Assembly (NCBI GenBank): GCA_039028435.1
Contig: JBCCIC010000001.1
Location: 396,240 to 460,239 of the forward strand
Source of the DNA: Actinomycetota bacterium
Lineage (GTDB): Bacteria; Actinomycetota; Acidimicrobiia; Acidimicrobiales; UBA10347
Reading direction: 5' to 3'
Length of the DNA: 64,000 nt
The notes under the pieces were generated by a model, which had not been told where the DNA came from, searched no databases, and saw only the letters and a list, made by a program, of their open reading frames with translations. Made by a program: the position numbers and the translations under genes. Numbering within the stretch: the first letter of the stretch is position 1; each line of letters begins with the position of its first letter. Positions 9,936-18,142 of the stretch are shown here, one piece after another.

Positions 9936-11821
9936 GCGGGGCCCCGGGCGAGTCGCGAGCGTCGGAGGAGTCGGAACGTCGCGTGAGCGCCGCCGACGAG
10001 CTTCCCTTGGCATCGCCGTCGGTCGTCCGCGGCTGGGTACGCGACTTCGTCGGGCGGCGACGGCGCAAAGCCGTCGGTGTGCTCGTCCTGCTGGTGATCA
10101 CCACGGCGGCCTTCGCCTCGATTCCCGGCATCATCGGCGTGGCCGTCTCCACCGTCACCGACGGAGGCGACCGCGGTGACCTCGCACTGCTCGCCGCGGT
10201 CATGGTTGCGGTGACCGTCGTGATGATGATCGGCACCTACTTCGGACGCAACGCCGCGGCCGAGTTCGGCGAGTCGATCCTGGACGAGCTGCGGTTGCGG
10301 GTCTACGACGCCACGGTTGCGCTCCCCGGATCGGTCGTCGAGTCCGTCGGCACCGGCGAGCTCGTCGCACGCACGACCGGCGATGTCGAAACGCTCGCTG
10401 GCGCGACACGGAACGCGATCCCGGTGGTCTTGTTCACGACACTCGGTGCCGCCGGGAACGTCATCGCCATGGCCATCGTCGACGTGCGTCTGGCTGCGGT
10501 GGCGGTCATCACCGGAACGGCGGTATCTGCGCTTGGTGTCCGCTGGTACCTGCGCACTGCGGCGGCTCGCTACGAGCGCGAGCGCCAAACGGAATCGAGC
10601 CGCTCGGGTGCATTGCTCGAGCGCTACTCGGGCCGCGCGACGCTCTGGGCGTTCGGGGCCACCGGCACGAGCTATCAGGCGCTCGCCGCCTGCGGCGACG
10701 AACGAGTCGCCTCACAGCTCGCGACCGCACACGCCCGCAACCGGCTTCGGGTCTCACTGCGCGTCGGCCAGGGCGTAGCACTCGGTGTCGTCGTGATGCT
10801 CGGCGCGTACTTCCTGCGCACCGGTTCACTCTCGGCCGGTGCCATGACCGCTGCGACGCTCTACACGCTGCGGCTGATGGACCCGGTCACCGCACTGCTC
10901 GAGCAACTCGACTCGCTCCAACAGGCGCAGGCATCGCTCCGACGGATCGCCGGCGTGGTCGAGCTGAGCGAGGCCAACGACCGCATCGCGCCCTGGCCCG
11001 AGATCGATGCGCCGGCCCGCCGCGGCGGGCTCGAGGTACGCGTGGAGAACGTGACATTCGGCTACGAGGCGAACCTGCCGGCACTCGAGCAGATCGACCT
11101 CACCATTCCTGCCGGCCAGCGCGTGATGGTCGTCGGACCGAGCGGCGCGGGCAAGAGCACGCTCGCCGGCCTGATCTGCGGAACTCAGCTCCCGTGGACC
11201 GGCTCGGTCTGTGTCGACGACGTTGACGTGGGACCAATTCGTCGGGATGAACTCCGGGCGCGAGTGGCTCTGGTCGCCCAGGAGACCCACACCTTCGAAC
11301 GTTCGATTCGAGACAACGTGTCGATCGGTCGGCCGGCCGCCGACGATGACGAGATCACCGAGTGCCTCCAGAAGACCGGAGCGTGGTCCTGGATCGCCGA
11401 CCTGCCCGACGGCCTGGACACCATCGTTTCGAACACCCATCCGGCGATGACCGCGGCGCGAGCCCAGCAGCTCAACCTCGCACGGGTCATCTGTCTCGAC
11501 CCCCAAGTGGTCGTCCTCGACGAAGCCACCGCCGACCTCGACTTGCTGAGTGCCGGCCAGGCAGAACGACAACTCGGCGCGATCCTCCACGACCGCACCG
11601 TCGTGTGGATCGCGCACCGCCTGGACAACGCACCGCGACTCGACCGCGTGATCATGATCGCGGACGGGAGGATCGTCGACGACGGCCCCCACGATCAGCT
11701 GATCGCGCGAGACGGCCCCTATGGCCGGCTGTGGGACGCATGGCGCGCCGCCCATGGCGGGACCTCATCCCGTGCCTCCGACCGCACCCCCACGCACTCC
11801 CCCGACGACCAACCCGCTTGA
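9932..11821 (+). CDS. Exporter-fold ABC half-transporter with a canonical ATPase site but a degenerate signature motif (IrtB/YbtQ-like partner)
   Basis: ATGA overlap with the upstream gene. Walker A GPSGAGKST, Q-loop VAQETHTF, Walker B VVLDEATADLD and H-loop IAHRL are canonical. The LSGGQ position reads MTAARAQQ. Confidence 0.85.
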   Translation: MSGAPGESRASEESERRVSAADELPLASPSVVRGWVRDFVGRRRRKAVGVLVLLVITTAAFASIPGIIGVAVSTVTDGGDRGDLALLAAVMVAVTVVMMIGTYFGRNAAAEFGESILDELRLRVYDATVALPGSVVESVGTGELVARTTGDVETLAGATRNAIPVVLFTTLGAAGNVIAMAIVDVRLAAVAVITGTAVSALGVRWYLRTAAARYERERQTESSRSGALLERYSGRATLWAFGATGTSYQALAACGDERVASQLATAHARNRLRVSLRVGQGVALGVVVMLGAYFLRTGSLSAGAMTAATLYTLRLMDPVTALLEQLDSLQQAQASLRRIAGVVELSEANDRIAPWPEIDAPARRGGLEVRVENVTFGYEANLPALEQIDLTIPAGQRVMVVGPSGAGKSTLAGLICGTQLPWTGSVCVDDVDVGPIRRDELRARVALVAQETHTFERSIRDNVSIGRPAADDDEITECLQKTGAWSWIADLPDGLDTIVSNTHPAMTAARAQQLNLARVICLDPQVVVLDEATADLDLLSAGQAERQLGAILHDRTVVWIAHRLDNAPRLDRVIMIADGRIVDDGPHDQLIARDGPYGRLWDAWRAAHGGTSSRASDRTPTHSPDDQPA

Positions 11822-11831
11822 GGAGCAATCC

Positions 11832-12914
11832 ATGACCGACACCTTCGATGCGGAGACGATCGATCAGATCGAGCTCATCCTCGACGTGATCAACAGCCAA
11901 TACGCCGACACCTTCGCCTTCGTGAGTCGGTGGGCCGAGGCCGACGACGCCATCACTTCGGCGAACCTGCTGACCATCGACCCACGCGGCGCGGATGCCG
12001 AGGTCACGACCGAGGCTGGAACGCGTGCGGTGCGACTCGACTTCGGTGAGACCATCCTCGGCCTCGAACAACTCGAGCACGCCATGTTCGGATTGCTGGA
12101 GCAGGCACGAGCAGCCCGGCCGACCGATCCCTTGACATCGATCGAGCTCCAGTTCGAACGCACGGAGCACCAGCCGACCCATCGCTGCACGATCCTCGCC
12201 GTCGAAGAGCTGAACGAGCGGCTGCGGGCCTTCACGGTCGGTCCGGTTCCTGGTTGGGTGGACCTCGGTGGCGATCAGTCCATGACCCTATTTCTCGACC
12301 TGCCCGGTCGGCCGATCCCCGACGACATCCGGCTCTCGACATTCCGGGAGATGCACGACGATGTTCGACCCAAAGGTGCGACCTATTCGATCCGACGCCA
12401 CGATCCCGATCGGTCGACGGTCGAGGTCTGGGTCGTTCTGCATGGCGACGATCCCCACACCATCGGTGGGTGGGCGGCCGACGCAACGGTCGGCGATGCC
12501 ATCACCCTGTGGGGTCCGAGGCGAGCCGGTTCGACAAGCGATCGCGCCCAGCGATTCCTCGGCGTCTGCGACGAGACCGGGTTGGCCGCGACGCTGGCGA
12601 TCGTCGACGAATTGGACCCGGGGGTGCCCGTCGACCTGGTCGTCGAGGTCACCGACGCGGAGGCCGAGTTCCAGCTGACGCAACGAGATGGTGTGACGGT
12701 CCACTGGTGTCACCGCGGCACTGACGAGCCCGGCACCGGGACGCGGCTCCTCGACCGCGTACGTGAACTCGTGACCGAGCGGGACGACGCGATGGCCGCG
12801 TTCGGCGCATCCGAGTCTCGAGCCATCACGGCCGTTCGCAAGTACCTCCGGCGCGAGCTGGACATGCCGGCGTCGGCCGTGTCGCTCACCGGGTACTGGC
12901 GTCGAGCGAAGTGA
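11832..12914 (+). CDS. Siderophore-interacting protein (SIP/ViuB-type ferric-siderophore flavoreductase) with an N-terminal extension
   Basis: ATG 11832 is preceded by GAGGAG. The C-terminus ends in the SIP-typical ..AVRKYLRRELDMPASAVSLTGYWRR. The FNR-like FAD/NAD halves follow a ~110-aa N-terminal domain. Confidence 0.8.
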   Translation: MTDTFDAETIDQIELILDVINSQYADTFAFVSRWAEADDAITSANLLTIDPRGADAEVTTEAGTRAVRLDFGETILGLEQLEHAMFGLLEQARAARPTDPLTSIELQFERTEHQPTHRCTILAVEELNERLRAFTVGPVPGWVDLGGDQSMTLFLDLPGRPIPDDIRLSTFREMHDDVRPKGATYSIRRHDPDRSTVEVWVVLHGDDPHTIGGWAADATVGDAITLWGPRRAGSTSDRAQRFLGVCDETGLAATLAIVDELDPGVPVDLVVEVTDAEAEFQLTQRDGVTVHWCHRGTDEPGTGTRLLDRVRELVTERDDAMAAFGASESRAITAVRKYLRRELDMPASAVSLTGYWRRAK

Positions 12915-12932
12915 CGCTCGACGGCGAGCGTC
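12913..12932. terminator. Bidirectional terminator-like hairpin between convergent genes
   Basis: GACGCTCG-acgg-CGAGCGTC is a perfect 8-bp GC-rich stem with a 4-nt loop. It sits exactly between the SIP stop (12914) and the methyltransferase stop (12935). Confidence 0.5.
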
Positions 12933-12934
12933 GG

Positions 12935-13699
12935 TCAGCCGGCAGCGCGCCGTCCGACGGCCGCGACGTAGCCGTCGTCGAGCACCAGTGTGTCGCCGCG
13001 GGCTTCGCAGCGCTCCGCCAGCTCGCCGCGAAGACGCGACCGAGCCACCTCCCAGACACCGCGCGCCTCGGCCTCGTCGCGGAGTAGTCGTAGACCGCCC
13101 GCAGCCGTGGTCAGCGTCTGGACGGCGTCGTCGAGATCCGTGAAGTTCCAGGTGAGCGTGGATCGGACAGCGTCGGTGTCGACGAAGCCTGCGTTGGCCA
13201 GAAGGCCGACCGCACGGTCGCCCTCCCCCAGCGTCGTAGCGAAGGGTTTGGCGGGATTGTCGAGCGCCTCGGCCAGAATTGCGCGACATGCGCCAGGCCA
13301 CCCACCGGGTAGCCACGTGGTGAAGGCGAACCGGCCGTCGTCAAGCAACACCCGATAGGCCTCCCGCGCGGTCGCTGCCGGATCGGGAGCGAAGATCACG
13401 CCGAAGTTGGAGATCGCCGCACCGAAAGTCTGCGCAGCGAACGGCAGCTCCTGAGCGTCGCCGATCGCTGAGCGATGCCCGGCGCGACACGCGGCGGCGA
13501 CCTGAGAGGCAGCCAGGTCCACCCCGACTGCGCTCCAGCCACGATCACGTGCCGCATCGAGACCGGTGCCGATACCGGCACCGACGTCGAGAACCCGGTC
13601 CGCGGTCGGTCCGACGAGATCCAGGAGCACCTCGTTGGCCGGCGCAACGTGGCGCGCCATGACCCCGTAGCGCGACCATCTCGCTTCGTCGACCGTCAT
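12935..13699 (-). CDS. Class I SAM-dependent methyltransferase
   Basis: Motif I VLDVGAGIGTG. ATG 13699 overlaps the stop of the upstream flavoprotein (ATGA). The upstream part of the 507-aa track ORF is Arg/Pro-rich shadow sequence. Confidence 0.8.
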   Translation of the reverse strand: MTVDEARWSRYGVMARHVAPANEVLLDLVGPTADRVLDVGAGIGTGLDAARDRGWSAVGVDLAASQVAAACRAGHRSAIGDAQELPFAAQTFGAAISNFGVIFAPDPAATAREAYRVLLDDGRFAFTTWLPGGWPGACRAILAEALDNPAKPFATTLGEGDRAVGLLANAGFVDTDAVRSTLTWNFTDLDDAVQTLTTAAGGLRLLRDEAEARGVWEVARSRLRGELAERCEARGDTLVLDDGYVAAVGRRAAG

Positions 13700-15096
13700 G
13701 TCCAACCCGCCTCGGCAAGGGCGCTCAGGTTGGCGACCGCAGGCTCGACGCTCTCGAGCATCAGCGTCAGCGATTCCATCACCGCGGGGTCGTCGAAGTG
13801 TTCGGCCATCGACCGGGTGGGGTTGAGTCGAGCCTGCTGTGACCAGGCCGCGATGTCCGGATGGTCGCGCCGAGCACCCTCGGCTTCGAGGCCGGCGGCG
13901 AGGATACGCAGCTGGTCGGCGATCAAACCCGTGCGGGGCACCGGAGGACAGAGCCGGTTGCGCTCGTCGTCGTCGATGTCCAGGGTCTCGACGAAGCCGA
14001 GAATCGCCGCGCTCCAGGGAGCGACGCCCAGGGTCGTGAACTGCACATCGATCCGACCCTCGGCGTAGATCGGTGACGTTGGTGCCGTCGCCAGGCCTTG
14101 CGCCGTGCAGTTGACATGCACCGTCCTGGCCGAGGTCGGGACGTCGGCTTCGTCGAGCTGGATCGAGTGCGGCCCAATGCTGCGAACGCGACCATGCCGC
14201 ACCACCTGCTCCACCATGCGCAGGATGGCGAGTTCTTCCCGGGCGATGACCGCGCCGCGGTACGTCAGCGCCTCGAACGCCGGGTCCACGCGGCACATCA
14301 TGCCGTGGTCTTCGAGCTGGCGGGCGAACGACTGACCCGACTGCGCGGTGCCACAGGCCTCGATCGTCCGCGCCTGATACGCAACCATCGACCCGACGAG
14401 GTCGAACGGCTGGGTGTGGGCCCGATCGACGAGCCAGGCGTCCCGCGGACGCACCCAACGGATCCGATCGGGTTCGACGCCCTGGCCGATCAACCAGACG
14501 ACGGTGTCCATCGCCGTCTTGCCGGCACCGATGATCACGAAGCCGTCGGCCGGCTCATCGAGATGAGTCAACTCGTTCGGTGCGACGACACACATGTCGT
14601 CGTCGTACGCGAACGGCGGCGCATGGCGCGAGGGCACCTCGCTGGCGACGATCGTGGCGTTGACGACACGCCGAGCGACCGCGACTTCGGTCGTGGTTCC
14701 ATCGAGTCGCGACACCAGCTGATGGCGCCCGGATGACTCGCCTCGGTAGTCGACCATCGGCATCCAACGAACTCGGCCCGATGCCATCAAGTCGTCGAGC
14801 ACTGAGCGGTAATACGAGGCGACCTCGTGTCCCGTAGCCCGCTCGTAGAAACCGTCGTTGATCCCACCGACATCGATGCGGTCGTTGCCGAGTGGGCGAG
14901 AGTTCACGCCGTAGTAGGCGCTCGGTTGATGCAGGCGCACGAATGGGTACGCGTCGACCCAGTGGCCACCCGGCTCGTGACGCCGATCGGCCAGCGTGAC
15001 GGTGGCGTCGCTGTGGCGAACGATCTCGTCGGCGACGGCAAGCCCGGACGCTCCGGCCCCGACGATCAGGTAGTCCGTGGTTTCAACTTTTGTCAT
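13696..15096 (-). CDS. FAD/NAD(P)-binding oxidoreductase (flavin monooxygenase-like, two dinucleotide-binding folds)
   Basis: N-terminal DYLIVGAGASGLA...GGHW and a second GxGxxA motif (VIIGAGKTAMD). No finer family assignment is possible by eye. Confidence 0.75.
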   Translation of the reverse strand: MTKVETTDYLIVGAGASGLAVADEIVRHSDATVTLADRRHEPGGHWVDAYPFVRLHQPSAYYGVNSRPLGNDRIDVGGINDGFYERATGHEVASYYRSVLDDLMASGRVRWMPMVDYRGESSGRHQLVSRLDGTTTEVAVARRVVNATIVASEVPSRHAPPFAYDDDMCVVAPNELTHLDEPADGFVIIGAGKTAMDTVVWLIGQGVEPDRIRWVRPRDAWLVDRAHTQPFDLVGSMVAYQARTIEACGTAQSGQSFARQLEDHGMMCRVDPAFEALTYRGAVIAREELAILRMVEQVVRHGRVRSIGPHSIQLDEADVPTSARTVHVNCTAQGLATAPTSPIYAEGRIDVQFTTLGVAPWSAAILGFVETLDIDDDERNRLCPPVPRTGLIADQLRILAAGLEAEGARRDHPDIAAWSQQARLNPTRSMAEHFDDPAVMESLTLMLESVEPAVANLSALAEAGWT

Positions 15097-15107
15097 CTCG
15101 GGCGCTC

Positions 15108-16277
15108 CTACTCGGTCGGTTCCAGGTCGAAAATCGCGCCCAGATCATCGAGGATGGCGTGGGCCCCGAAGAAGCCGACCCCCGACATCCAGCGATCGTC
15201 GGACACCGCGTACACGTTGCCGGAGCTCACGGCGCCAAGGGTGTCCCAGAGCGGGCTGCCCAGCAGTTGTTCGACCCCGGCCTCGACGTCTTCATTGGGG
15301 AAGGTCGCATAGACGAGCACGTCGCCATCGGCGAGGTCCAGTTCCTCTTCACTGATGACCCGGATGAACTCGTCGGGGTCCTGTTGACTCGGCGGACGAG
15401 CGAGACCTGCGTCGCCGAGTACCACACCACTGAAGCTGTTCGGTTGGTAGAGCCGAATCACGTCGACGAACCGCACCACCGAGATCGTCGGCGAGTCGTA
15501 CTGCTCGTTGATCGCTGCGCCGACTGCGGCGGCGCGAGCCTCGTAGGCGACCAGGACCTCCTCTGCCAAGTCTTCTCGTCCGCTTGCGGCCGCGCCAAGA
15601 CGGATCGAGTCCTTCCAGCCGGCGCCCGCCGACTCGCTCATCACCGTGGGTGCGATCTGCGCGAGCTCGCCGGCGATGTTCTCGTGGCGGACCACGCTGG
15701 TCAAGATGAGATCCGGCTGTGCCGCGGCGATGAGCTCGAGATTCGGTGCGAACAGGTCGCCCATCCAGACGGCATCAGCCCCGAAGGTTTCCGCGGCCTC
15801 GCCGTAGAGCTCAGGCAGCGGCCCGTTCGGGTCCGAGAAGGTCGTGTACCCGACGACCTGGAGTTCGAGGGTAAAGGCGACGTCGAGCATGGACTGGTCG
15901 AGCACCACGACCCGCTGCGGCGCCACTGGGATCTCGACCGGTCCGAGCGCGGTTTCGACGGTTCGAGGAAAGACCGGCGGAACGGTTGGTTCCGGCGATG
16001 GCTCCGCGGTCGGCTCGGGGGCAGCGTCGATGTCGGGATCGGTGTCGGCTGCGGGATCGGTGTCGGCTGCGGGATCGGCGTCGCTAGCAGCCTCAGGTGC
16101 CGACGTCGGTGCCGGTGTCTCCGTCGGCGCCGGTTGCGAGTCACTGGCCGCTGAGGCCGTTTCGGCGCCGTCACCGGCATTGGCATCGGACCCGGCACAA
16201 CCGGTGGCGAACAGGAGCAGGAGCGAGAGCACCACTGCCCGGAATGCCCGGAATGCCGCGATGCGAGAGGAGGCCAT
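15108..16277 (-). CDS. Lipoprotein, iron-siderophore class III ABC substrate-binding protein
   Basis: Signal peptide plus lipobox (LFATGC), an acidic Pro/Ala/Asp linker containing a tandem repeat, and a PBP body (..GPVEIPVAPQRVVVLD..). Confidence 0.85.
   Translation of the reverse strand: MASSRIAAFRAFRAVVLSLLLLFATGCAGSDANAGDGAETASAASDSQPAPTETPAPTSAPEAASDADPAADTDPAADTDPDIDAAPEPTAEPSPEPTVPPVFPRTVETALGPVEIPVAPQRVVVLDQSMLDVAFTLELQVVGYTTFSDPNGPLPELYGEAAETFGADAVWMGDLFAPNLELIAAAQPDLILTSVVRHENIAGELAQIAPTVMSESAGAGWKDSIRLGAAASGREDLAEEVLVAYEARAAAVGAAINEQYDSPTISVVRFVDVIRLYQPNSFSGVVLGDAGLARPPSQQDPDEFIRVISEEELDLADGDVLVYATFPNEDVEAGVEQLLGSPLWDTLGAVSSGNVYAVSDDRWMSGVGFFGAHAILDDLGAIFDLEPTE
16035..16088. repeat. 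3 x 18-bp in-frame tandem repeat inside the binding-protein linker
   Basis: gggatcggtgtcggctgc occurs twice exactly, then a diverged third copy. It encodes DPAADT-DPAADT-DP on the minus strand. Confidence 0.9.
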
Positions 16278-16301
16278 CGATCGATTCTATCAACCTGATT
16301 A

Positions 16302-16320
16302 TAAGGTTTCCCTAACATAA
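16302..16320. promoter_or_regulatory. DtxR/IdeR-type iron box candidate in a divergent promoter region
   Basis: TAAGGTTTCCCTAACATAA matches TTAGGTTAGCCTAACCTAA at 15/19 positions (hand count). It is an AT-rich island between the binding-protein gene (-) and the ABC operon (+). Confidence 0.55.
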
Positions 16321-16369
16321 ATCGTTCGGACCCATTGCCCAGCGATCGGCGAGCTGGCACAATCCGAGG

Positions 16370-18142
16370 ATGGCCACCACCGACGAGTCCGACGTCGACT
16401 CGAAACCGGAACCCGACCAGATCGGCCTCGGAGAACTCCTCGCTCCGGTCCGAAACCAACTCATCCTCGCCTGCGTCTTCCAGGCGATCGGCGCACTGGC
16501 CGGCATCGTGCCGTTCATCGCCGTGGCCGAGATCGGGCGGGAACTACTCGGCGATCGCGACTCCGACCGACTCTGGACCATCGTCATCATCGCTGCCGTC
16601 GCCCTGGCGATCCGTGTGGGTTGCTTCTTCGCCGCTGCGGGCATCACCCACTTCGCCGACAACGACTTCCAGCTCGCCATCCGGCGCCGCATCGCGGAGC
16701 ACCTCGGTCGACTGCCACTCGGCTGGTTCGACGACAACGATGCCGGCACCGTCAACAAGCTCATCGCCGACGACGTCTCAGCCATGCACCCGATCGTCGG
16801 CCACACCTTCATCGACATCACGAACACCGTCGTCACCGCCATCGCGTCGATCATCTACCTCTTCGTCATCGATTGGCGGATGGCACTGGTGGTGCTCATC
16901 CCCTTCGTCGCCGGCATCTTCCTCTACGCCAAGCAGATGTCGGGCTACGGCGAGAAGATGGAGCAGTACAACCAGTCGATGGCCGACGTGAACACGGCCA
17001 GCATCGAGTTCGTGCAGGGCATCGCCGTCGTCAAGACGTTCGGCCAGACCGGCCGGGCGCACAAGCGCTACAAGACGAGCACCGATTCGTTCATCCAGTC
17101 CTTCTGGGACTGGGTCAAGGGTCTGCTGAACATTGCCTCCCTGAGCGACATCGTGCTTTCCCCGCTGACCACGCTCACCCTCGTGCTCGGCGCGTCGGCG
17201 TGGTTCATCGATCGCGGCACCCTCGAGGTCGCCGACATCCTGGTGTTCCTCAGCCTCGGTCTTGCGCTCACCATGCCGATCCTGACCCTGGGGTTCGCGG
17301 GCAACGAGGTCCAACTGGCCAGTGCGGCGGCAGGCCGAATCGGTCGGGCGCTCGCCGAGAAGCCACTGCCCCAGCCCACCGACCCGCAGATTCCGCTCGA
17401 AGACGACCTGCGCCTCGAAGGCGTGACGTTCTCCTACGGTCCCGATGAGCCGGTCGTGCTCGACGATGTCAGCCTGGCGTTCGAGCCCGACACGGTCACG
17501 GCCATCGTCGGCGCGTCGGGTTCGGGCAAGACGACCCTGGGCCGACTGCTGTGTCGGTTCTGGGATCCGACGGGCGGATCGATTCGTCTCGGCGGTGTCG
17601 ACCTCCGCGACATCGAATCCGAGGAGCTCTACGCGCGGGTGGGATTCGTCTTCCAGAACGTGCAGCTCATTCGTGGCACGATCGCCGACAACATCCGGCT
17701 TGCCGATCCCGAGGCTCCGCAGTCGCAGGTCGAAGCCGCCGCCCAGGCCGCCCAGATTCACGACCGGGTCATGGAACTGCCCGACGGTTACGAATCGGTG
17801 ATCGGGGAGAACGTCTCGCTTTCGGGGGGCGAGCGGCAGCGCTTGTCGATCGCCCGGGCGCTCATCGCCAATCCGCCGATTCTCGTGCTCGACGAGGCGA
17901 CCGCATTCGCCGACCCGGAGTCGGAGGCCGCGGTCCAGGACGCACTGTCGACCCTCGTCGCCGGACGAACCCTGATCGTGATCGCTCATCGGCTCTCCAC
18001 GATCACGCAGGCCGACCAGATCGTCGTCCTCGACGAAGGCAGGGTGGTCGAGACCGGCACCCACGCCGACCTCCTCGATGCCGGCGGTACGTATCAGAAA
18101 CAGTGGGCCGCAGACGCCCGAGTCACCGCTGAGGTCGGATGA
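16370..18142 (+). CDS. Exporter-fold ABC half-transporter (IrtA/YbtP-like), canonical NBD
   Basis: TMD plus NBD with [28 protein letters not shown] and IAHRLST. Confidence 0.9.
   Translation: MATTDESDVDSKPEPDQIGLGELLAPVRNQLILACVFQAIGALAGIVPFIAVAEIGRELLGDRDSDRLWTIVIIAAVALAIRVGCFFAAAGITHFADNDFQLAIRRRIAEHLGRLPLGWFDDNDAGTVNKLIADDVSAMHPIVGHTFIDITNTVVTAIASIIYLFVIDWRMALVVLIPFVAGIFLYAKQMSGYGEKMEQYNQSMADVNTASIEFVQGIAVVKTFGQTGRAHKRYKTSTDSFIQSFWDWVKGLLNIASLSDIVLSPLTTLTLVLGASAWFIDRGTLEVADILVFLSLGLALTMPILTLGFAGNEVQLASAAAGRIGRALAEKPLPQPTDPQIPLEDDLRLEGVTFSYGPDEPVVLDDVSLAFEPDTVTAIVGASGSGKTTLGRLLCRFWDPTGGSIRLGGVDLRDIESEELYARVGFVFQNVQLIRGTIADNIRLADPEAPQSQVEAAAQAAQIHDRVMELPDGYESVIGENVSLSGGERQRLSIARALIANPPILVLDEATAFADPESEAAVQDALSTLVAGRTLIVIAHRLSTITQADQIVVLDEGRVVETGTHADLLDAGGTYQKQWAADARVTAEVG

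Noticed and set aside
16035-16088. Possible CRISPR-like or minisatellite array.
   Set aside because: There are only three directly abutting 18-bp units with no spacers. They are in frame inside a coding linker, so this is a coding tandem repeat, not a CRISPR array.
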